Assembly: GCF_009914755.1 (NCBI RefSeq)
Contig: NC_060928.1
Length of the DNA: 64,000 nt
Origin: the human T2T-CHM13v2.0 reference genome, Homo sapiens
Strand: one strand, 5' to 3'
Position numbers and translations under genes: made by a program. The notes under the pieces are model-generated. The model was not told where the DNA came from, did no database searches, and saw nothing but the letters and a program-made list of their open reading frames with translations. Each line of letters begins with the position of its first letter. The first letter of the stretch is position 1. This document shows, piece after piece, positions 55,037 through 64,000 of the stretch.

Positions 55037-57843
55037 TAAAAACCTCCAGGATATAGCAAAGGCGGTGGTGCTAAGAGGAAAGTTCATAGCCCTAAATGCC
55101 TACATCAAAAAGCCTGAAAGAGCACAAACAGATAATCTAAAGTCACACCTCAAAGAACTAGAGAAACAAGAACAAACCGAACCCAAACCCAGCAGAGATA
55201 AGGAAATAACAAAGATCAGGGCAGAACTAAATGAAATTGAAACAAAAAATATACACAAAAGATAAATGAAATAAAAAGCTGAAAGCTGATTCTTTGAAAA
55301 GATATGTAAAATGGATAGACCATTAGCAAGATTAACCAAGAAAAGAAGAGAAAATCCAAATAAGCTCAATTAGAAACAGAATGGGAGATACTACAACCCC
55401 ACAACACAGAAATACAAAAGATCATCGGAGGCTACTACAAACACCTTTACATGCGTGAACTAGAAAACCTAGAGGAGATGAATAAATTTCTGAAAATATA
55501 CAACCCTCCTAGCTCAAATCAGGAAGAAATATATACCATAAACAGACCAGTAACAAGCAGTGAGTTTGAAATTGTAACTTAAAAATTACCAACCAAAAAA
55601 AAAAAAAAATCCAGGACCAGATGGATTCACAGCTGAATTCTGCAAAACACTCAAAGAAGAATTGGTACCAATCCTATTGACACTATTCCACAAGATAGAG
55701 AAAGAGGGAATCCTCCCTAAATCATTCTATGAAGCCAGTATCACCCTAATACCAAAACCTGGAAAGGACATAACCAAAAAAGAAAACTACAGAGTAATAT
55801 TCCTGATGAACATAGAAGCAAAAATCCTTAACAAAATACTAGCTAACTGAATCCAACAACATATCAAAAAGATGATCCACCATGATCAAGTGGGTTTCAT
55901 ACCAGGGATGCAGAAATGGTTTAACATGTGCAAGTCAATAAATGTGAAACACCACATAAACAGAATTAAAAACAAAAATCAAATGATCTCAATAGATGCA
56001 GAAAAAGCATTTGATAAAATCCAACATCCCTTCATGATTAAAATCCTCAGCAAAATCAGCATACAAGGGACATACCTCAATGTAATAAAAGCCATTTATG
56101 ACAAACCCACAGCCAACACAATACTGAATGGGGAAAAGCTGAAAGCATGCCCTCTGAGAACTGGAACAAGACAAGGATGCCCATTCTCACCACTTCTATT
56201 CAACATAGTACTAGAAGTCCCAGCCAGAGCAATCAGAAAAAAAGAAAGAAATAAAGGGCATCCAAATTGTTAAAGAGGAAGTCAAACTGTTGCTGTTTGC
56301 TGATGATACGATTGTATCCCTAGGAAACCCTAAAGACTCTTCCAAAAAGCTCCTAGAACTGATAAATGAATTCAGCAAAGTTTCAGGATACGAAATTAAT
56401 GTACACAAATCAGTAGCTCTCCTATACACCAACAGCAACCAAGCTGAGAATCAAATCAAGAATGCAACCTCTTTTATAATAGCTGCAAAAAAATATATGT
56501 TGGGAATATATCTAACCAAGGAGATGAAAGACCTCTACAAGGAAAACTACAAAGCACTGTTGAAAGAAATCATAGATGACACAAATGGAAACACCATCTC
56601 ATGCTCATGGATGGGTAGAATCAATATTGTGAAAATGACCTACTACCAAAAGCAATCTACAGATTCAATGCAATTTCCATCAAAATACCACAATCATTCC
56701 CCACAGAACTAGAAAAAACAATCCTAAAATTTATATGGAACCTAAAAAGAGCTTACATAGCCAAAGCAGACTAAGTAAAAGGAACAAATCTGGAAGCATC
56801 ACATTACCTGATTGTAAACTATACTGTAAGGCTATAGTCACCAAAACAGCATGGTACTAGTATTAAAATAGGCACATAGACCAATAGCACAGAATAGAGA
56901 ACCCAGAAATAAAGCCATATACTTACAGCCAACTGATCTTCAACAAAGCAAACAAAAACAAAGTGAGGAAAGGATACCCTATTCAACACAAGGTGCTGGG
57001 ATAATTGGCAAGCCGCATGTAGAAGGAAACTGGATCCTCATCTTTCACCTTATACAAAAATGAACTCAAGATGGATCAAGGACTTAAATCTAAGATCTGA
57101 AACTATAAAATTTCTAGAAGATAGCATTGGAAAAACCCTTCTAGACATTGGCTCAGGCAGAGTTCATGACCAAGAACCCAAAAGCAAATGCAATAAAAAC
57201 AAAGACAAATAGGTGAGACTATATTAAACTAAAGAGCTTTTGCTTGGCAAAAGGAACAGTCACCAGAGTAAACAGACAACCCACAGAGTGGAAGAACATC
57301 TCCACAATCTAAACATCTGACAAAGAACTAATATCTGGAATCTACAATGAACTCAAACAAATTAGCAAGAAAAAAAATAGCCCATCAAAAAATGGGCTAA
57401 GGACACGAATAGACAATTCTCAAAAGAAGATGTACAAATGGCCAACATATGAAAAAATGCTCAACATCACTAATAATCAGGAAAATGCAAATCAAAACTG
57501 CAATGTGATACCACCTTACTCCCATGAGAATGGCCACAATTAAAAAATCAAAACTAGCAGATGTTGGCATGGATGCAGTAAAGAGGGAACACTTCTACAC
57601 TGCTGGAGATGTAAACTAGTACAACCACCATGGAAAACAGTGTGGAGATTCCTTAAAGCACTAAAAGTAGACCTACCATTTGATCCAGCAGTCCCACTAC
57701 TAGGTATCTACACAGAGGAACAGAAGTCATTATATGAAAAAGATACATGCACACACATGTTTATAGCAACACAATTCGAAATTGCAAAAATGTGGAACCA
57801 ACAAAATGCCCATCAATCAATGAATGGATAAGGAAACTGTGGT

Positions 57844-57844
<1 letters not shown>

Positions 57845-57880
<36 letters not shown>

Positions 57881-57896
57881 GTATATATATATATAT
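57845..57896. repeat. (TAGA)9 followed by (TA)n
   Basis: Read directly inside the L1PB1 ORF2 end. Confidence 0.95.
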
Positions 57897-58295
57897 ACAC
57901 ATATGATGGAATATATATATATGATGGAATACTACTCAGCCATAAAAGGGAATGAATCACTGGCATTTGCAGCAACCTGGATGGGACTGGAGACTATTAT
58001 TCTAAGTGAAGTAACTCAGGAATGGAAAACCAAACATCATATATTCTCACTCATAAGTGGGAGCTAAGCTATGATGATACAGAGGCATAAGGATGATACA
58101 ATGGACTTTGGGGATACCGGGGGAAAGGGTGGGAAGGGGGTGAGGAATAAAAGACTATAAATTGGGTTCAGTGTATACTACTCATGTGATAGGTGCACTG
58201 AAATCTCACAAATCACCATTAAAGAACTTACTCATGTAACCAAACACCATCTGTTCCCCAAAAACCCACGGAAATAAAAAAAATTTTTAAAAAAA

Positions 58296-58595
58296 CAGTG
58301 TGGCCATATTAATATCAGATAAAGTAGATTTTAAGACAAAAAAACAAAAGGCAGGAAACAAAATTATAATGATAAAAGTTTTAATTACCTAGGAGTTGTA
58401 ACAGTTCTAAATTTCTGTTCCCAATTATATGGCCTTAATGTATCAGAACAAAATTTGACAGAGCTAAACATAGAAATAAACAAATCCACAAACAATGAGA
58501 ACGTTTAACATGCTTTCTTAGTAACTAATAGAACAATTAGACAAAAAAAAAAAGTAAAGATACAGAAGCTTTGAGCAACATGGTTACCAAACTTG
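58296..58595 (+). mobile_element. Old L1M ORF2 endonuclease-region fragment
   Basis: 'gtggccatattaatatcagataaagtagattttaagacaaaaa...tataatgataaaag'. Confidence 0.7.
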
Positions 58596-58597
58596 AA

Positions 58598-60085
58598 CAG
58601 ACTCCAGGAAAAAAAAAAAAAACTCTTAGATTTGAGAAGTGAATTCAGTAAGGTTTCAGAATACAAAACCAATGTACAAAAATCAGTAGTGTTTCTATAC
58701 ACCAACAATGATCTCACGAGAGGGAAATCAGGCAATGACAGTTATATTAGCTACAAAAAAATAATACCTAGGAATATATTTAACCAAGGAAGTGAAACAT
58801 TTCTACATGAAAAACTACAAAACACTGATGAAAGCAATCATAGATGACACAAACAAATGGAAAAACATTCCATGCTCATACATTGCAAGAATTAATAGTG
58901 TTTAAAATGACCATATTGCCCAAAGAAATCTACAAATTCAATGCAATCCCTATCAAAATACCAATATCATTCTTCATAGAATTAGAAAAACGATCCTAAA
59001 ATTTATGAGGAACCAAAAAGAGCCTGAATAGCCAAAGCAATCCTGAGCTTAAAGAACAAAGCTGGAGGCATCACAGTACCTGACCTCAAAATACATTACA
59101 AGGCTATAGTAAGCAATATAATACGATATTGGTATAAAAATGGACACATAGGCCAATAGAACAGAATACAGAACCCAGAAATAAAGCCACATACTTACAG
59201 CCAGCTGATCTTTGACAAAGCCAACAAAGACTTCCACTGGGGAAAGAATATGCTATTCAATAAATAGTCCTGGGAAAATTAGGTAGCCACATGCAGAAGA
59301 ATGAAACTAGACCCCTCTGTCTCGCCATATACAAAAATCAACTCAAAATGGATTAAAGACTTAAATCTATGACCTGAAACTACAAAAATACTAAAAGAAA
59401 ACCTAGGGAAAACACTCTTGGACATTGGTCTGGGCAAAGAATTTATGACTAAGGCCTCAAAAGCACATGCAACAAAAACAAAAACAGAAAAAATGGAACT
59501 TAATGAAACTAAGAAGCTTCTGCACAGCAAAGACATAATCAACAGAGTGAAGAGACAATCTATTGAATGGGAGAAACTATTTGCAAACTATTCATCTGAC
59601 TAATATCCAGAATATACAAGGAACTCAACTCAACGGGAAAAAAAAACCACAAATAATCCCATTAAAAACTGAGCAAAGACATGAACAGACATTTCTCAAA
59701 AGAAGATATACTAATGGCCACTAATCTTAAGTGAAATAAGCTAGGCACAGAAAGACAAATATCACATGTTCCCACTTACATGTGGGAGGTAAAAAAAATT
59801 TGATCACATGGAGGTAGAGAATAGAAAGATAGATAACAGAGACCAGGAAGGATAAGGTCGGGGGTAGGGAGGAGGATGAAGAGAAGTGGCTTAAAGTGTA
59901 CAAACATACAGTAAAATAGAAGAATAAATTCAATGTTTGATAGCAGACTAGAGCGACTATACTTAACAAAAATATATTGTACTAGAGCGCTGAATACCCT
60001 AAATACCCTGACTTGATCACTAAGCATTATATACATGTAATAAATTCTCATATGTACCCCATATATTTGTACAATTTTTTTAAAG
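58598..60085 (+). mobile_element. L1MA4-like ORF2 and 3'UTR with internal deletion near 59720
   Basis: ORF2 pieces (58593..58847, 59418..59603) jump at 'atggcca|ctaatcttaagtg' to 3'UTR 'ttgatcacatggaggtagagaatag...aaataccctgacttgatcact'. Confidence 0.85.
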
Positions 60086-60222
60086 TACCATATCTGGCAT
60101 AGCAGCTGCAAAGGAAATACTACTGGGTTAAGTGTGTGGTGGTTTGTCTGTTGCTATCTACTAAGATCCATTTGGTTTTGGTAGGGGTCAAACCAGTGAA
60201 TTAAATAAGATATGATGGGGCT

Positions 60223-60515
60223 GGCTGGGCATGGTGGCTCATGCCTGTAATCCCAGCACTTTAGGAAGCCAAGGCAGGTGGATCACTTGAGAACAAGGGT
60301 TTGAGACCAGCCTGGCCAACATAGCAAAACCCCTTATCTACTAAAAACACAAAAAATTAGCCAGGGTTGGTGGCACACGCCTATAATCCCAGCTACTTGG
60401 GACGCTGAGGCGGGAGATTGCTTGAACCCAGGTGGCAGCGTTTGCAGTGAGCCAATATCATGCCACTGCACTCCAGCCTGGGCAACAGACTGAGACTGTC
60501 TCAAAAAAAAAAAAA
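60223..60515 (+). mobile_element. Alu (AluS/J)
   Basis: Full dimer; 16-bp TSD AAGRTRTGATGGGGCT at 60207-60222 and 60516-60531. Confidence 0.94.
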
Positions 60516-61064
60516 AAGGTGTGATGGGGCTACCACTCCTTTATTCTTTAGGTTTTTAAGAGTGGTATTAATTTCTTCCCTGATGGTCAAGATGTGAGAT
60601 TCTTTTTTGTGTATTAGCTTAGCCAGGGAGAAAGGGGACAGTTTCAGAAGTTTCCACTAGGCCTTTTGCACTGTTACTGCTCTTGCTCTACTGGCAAAGG
60701 GACTCATATGGTGGTTCTGCAAAATTTAATGGAATACACACCATGTCTATTGCAAAACTGTTCCCAGCCCTGAATCAGACCTTGGAATCAGACTCCTAAT
60801 GTGGCAGACCTAAGGATATAGGAACAAGATGCACATATTTTATGAAGGGTCACTGGTACTGATGGTAAAAGACATCAGTTCATCATTTAGGGTCATTGCA
60901 CTATATCAGCTATTGATTTCATGTGTATATGATAACATGCTAGAGTTAGCACTCTATTCCACTCAAATTCCACAAGCACTCAAATTCCACAAGCTCTTAT
61001 CCCTAAGCCAGCTCCTTAGCTGACAACTGCTTCCCTGTGAAGTGGTATCTGACAAGATACCACA

Positions 61065-61297
61065 ATCAGATTAAAATCACATGAAGATATCAATACATAC
61101 ACACTAGAATGGCAAAAATTTAAGACTTACCATACCAAGTGTTGGAGAAAATGAGGAGCAACTGGAACTCCCATATACTGCTCATGGGAATGTACAATGG
61201 CACAACCACTTTGGAAAATAGTTTGTCACTTTCTTAAACATACACCTAAAATACAACCCAGCCATTCTACTCCTAGGAATTTCCTGAAGGGAAATTA
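61065..61297 (+). mobile_element. Old L1M (L1MB/MC) ORF2-end fragment
   Basis: 'ataccaagtgttggagaaaatgaggagcaactggaactc...caaccactttggaaaatagtttg'. Confidence 0.75.
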
Positions 61298-62385
61298 AGG
61301 CATGGGCAAAGACTTCATGACTAAAACACCAAAAGCAATGGCAACAAAAGCCAAAATTGACAAATGGGATCTCGTTAAACTAAAGAGCTTCTGCACAACA
61401 AAAGGAACTATTATCAGATTGTACAGGCTATCTACAGATGGAAGAAAAATTTTGCAATCTATCCATCTGACAAAGGGCTAATATCCAGAATCTACAAGGA
61501 ACTTAAACAAATTTACAAGAAAAAAGCAAACAATGCCATCAAAAAGTGCGTGAAGGATATGAACAGACACTTCTCAAAAGAAGACATTTATGAGGCCAAC
61601 AAACATATGAAAAAAAGTTCATCATCACTGGTCATTAGAGTAATGCAAATCAAAACTACAATGAAATACCATTTCATTCCAGTTAGAATGGGGATCATTA
61701 AAAAGCCAGGAAACAACAGATGCTGGAGAGGATGTGGAGAAATAGAACACTTCTACACTATTGGTGAGAGTGTAAATTAGTTCAACCGTTGTGGAAGACA
61801 GTGTGGCAATTCCTCAAGGATCTAGAACTAGAAATACCATTTGACCCAACAATCCCATTACTGGGTATATACCCAAAGGAGTATAAATCATTCTACTGTA
61901 AAGACACATGCACACATATATTTATTGCAGCATTATTCACAATAGCAAAGACTTGGAACCAACCCAAATGTCCATCTGGATGATAGACTGGATAAAGAAA
62001 ATGTGGCACATCTACACCATGGAATACTATCCAGCCATAAAAAAAGGATGAGTTCATGTCCTTTTCAGGGACATGGATGAAGCTGGAAACCATCATTCTC
62101 AGCAAACCATCGCAAGGACAAAAAACCAAACACCGCATGTTCTCACTCATATGTGGGAGTTGAACAATGAGAACACATGGACACAGGGAGGGGAACATCA
62201 CACACCAGGGCCTATGGAGGGGTGGAGGGCTAGGAGAGGGATAGCATTAGGAGGAATACCTAATGTAGATGACAGGTTTTGGGTGCAGCAAACCACCATG
62301 GCATGTGGATACCTATGTAACAAACCTGCACGTCCTGCACATGTATCCCAGAACTTAATGTATATATAAATAAATAAATAAAAAG
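61298..62385 (+). mobile_element. L1PA7-like 3' fragment
   Basis: Starts 'aggcatgggcaaagacttcatg'; 3'UTR 'aatacctaatgtagatgacagg...cccagaacttaa'; possible decayed TSD gaagggaaattaa / gaagggacaataa. Confidence 0.9.
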
Positions 62386-62434
62386 AAAATAGAAGGGACA
62401 ATAAATACTCCGCACATAGTCTTACAAGTTAGTC

Positions 62435-63353
62435 ATAGAATCATTGATCATCAGACAAATGCAAATCAAAACTATAAGGAGATATCATCTCACCCCAATT
62501 AAAATGTCTTTTATCCAAAAGATAGGGACCAATGAACACAAACAAGGTTGTGGAAAAAAGGAAATCCTCTTACCCTGCTGGTGGGAATGTAAATAAGTTC
62601 AGCCACCCTGGAGAACAGTATGGAGGTTCCTCAAACAACCAAAAACAGAACTACCATATTTTCCAGCAATCCCACTGGTAGATATATACCGAAAAGAAAG
62701 GGCATCAGTATATCAAACAGGTATCTGTATTCCCATGTTTGTGAATAGTACTGCAGCACTATTCACAATAGCCAAGAGTTGGAAGCAACCTAAGTGTCCA
62801 TCAGCAAACAAATGGGTAAAGAAAACGTAATGTAGTATATATAGACAGGAGTACTATTCAGCCTTAAAAAAGAATGAGATCCTATCATTTGCAACAACAT
62901 GGATGGAACTGGAGGACATGTGTTAAGTGAAATAAGCCAAACTTCACATGTTCTTATTCCTATGTGTAAGCTAAAAATTAAAACGATTGAATTCATGGAG
63001 ACAAAGAGTAGAAGAATGGTTTATCAGAGGCTGGGAAGTGTGGCGGGTGGCGGGTGGGGAGAGAAGTGGGGATGATTAACTGGGACAAAAATATAGTTAG
63101 ATAGAATGAATAAGATCTAGTATTTGATAGCACAAAAGGGTGACCACAGTCAACAGTAATTTATTGTACTTTTAAAATAACTAAAAGAGTATAATTGGAA
63201 TGTTTGTAACACAAAGAAATAATAAATACTTGAGGTGATGGATACCCCATTTACCCTGATGTGATTATACACTGTATGCCTGTATCAAAATATCTCATGT
63301 ACCCCATAAATATATACATCTACTTATACCCATAAAAATTAAAATTTAAAAAA
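62435..63353 (+). mobile_element. L1MA3-like 3' fragment
   Basis: 'atagttagatagaatgaataagatctagtatttgatagcaca...gaggtgatggataccccatttaccctgatgtgatta'. Confidence 0.88.
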
Positions 63354-63440
63354 GAAGTGCATCCCAGAGAGGTCAGGTAAGCAGGGAGACACCAGTAGGT
63401 GCCATGGTTCTAGACAGACACTGTCATAAAAAGTTCACCT

Positions 63441-63738
63441 AGCCAGGCGCAGCGGCTGACGCCTGTAATCTGAGGACTTTGGGAGGCCAAGGTGGGCGGA
63501 TCATGAGGTCAAGAGATGGAAAGCATCCTGGCCAACATGATGAAACTCCATCTCTACTAAAAATACAAAAATTAGCTGGGCGTAGTGGTGTGCGCCTGTA
63601 GTTCCAGCTACTCAAGAGGCTGAGGCAGGAGAATTGCTTGAATCCCAGAGGTGGAGGTTGCAATGAGCCAAGATCACATACTGCACTCCAGCCTGGCAAC
63701 AGAGCAAGACTCCGTCTCAAGACAAAAAAAAAAAAAAA
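63441..63738 (+). mobile_element. AluSc-like
   Basis: Full dimer; TSD AAAAAGTTCACCT at 63428-63440 and 63739-63751. Confidence 0.95.
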
Positions 63739-63967
63739 AAAAAGTTCACCTGTGGCAAATGCATTAGGTATCTAGAGTCCTCAATCCCAATGACTGGACA
63801 GAAGACTATGTAAACATTAAATCTCAAGTATTGTCCATAAAGATTGAGACTATGGACTTTGCTATCTTCTTACAGTCTGTCTTGTGAGGGAAAGGAGTGT
63901 CTCCAAAGTACATATTTTATTCAGTAAATACCAGTGAAATATCACTAATTCCTCCATTGAGATCTCA

Positions 63968-64000
63968 TTTCTTTTTTTTTTTTTAATTATACTTTAAGTT
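63968..64000 (-). mobile_element. Tail of an antisense L1PA element running off the window
   Basis: Poly(T) followed by 'aattatactttaagtt', the reverse complement of the L1PA 3' terminus. Confidence 0.8.

Overview
AT-rich, CpG-poor primate (human-like) genomic DNA made mostly of interspersed repeats. I recognise no intact protein-coding exon, RNA gene or CpG-island promoter. The main non-repeat feature is a processed pseudogene of HNRNPA3 (22084-25262, +): disabled full CDS of the long N-terminal isoform, about 2 kb of 3'UTR and an 18-bp TSD. It sits inside a near full-length Tigger1 DNA transposon, which itself sits in an old L1M. Other features: a 5'-inverted (twin-primed) L1PA3 with a short 3' transduction (4720-8977); an ~18-kb stack of nested L1s (45.7-64 kb); 13 Alu/FLAM copies; several MaLR/ERVL LTRs; MER/Tigger/MADE1 fossils; MIR, L2 and CR1 relics. 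I found no support for a new biological system. The most interesting observations are structural: a clean 267-bp micro-inversion inside an MLT1A LTR, the L1PA3 inversion and transduction, a palindromic patchwork replacing the retrocopy's poly(A) tail, an in-frame but dead Tigger1-transposase/hnRNPA3 junction, and a strong + strand bias of retroelements suggesting an intron of a minus-strand gene. Subfamily names come from my recall of consensus sequences and boundaries of old elements are approximate; RepeatMasker/Dfam should confirm them.
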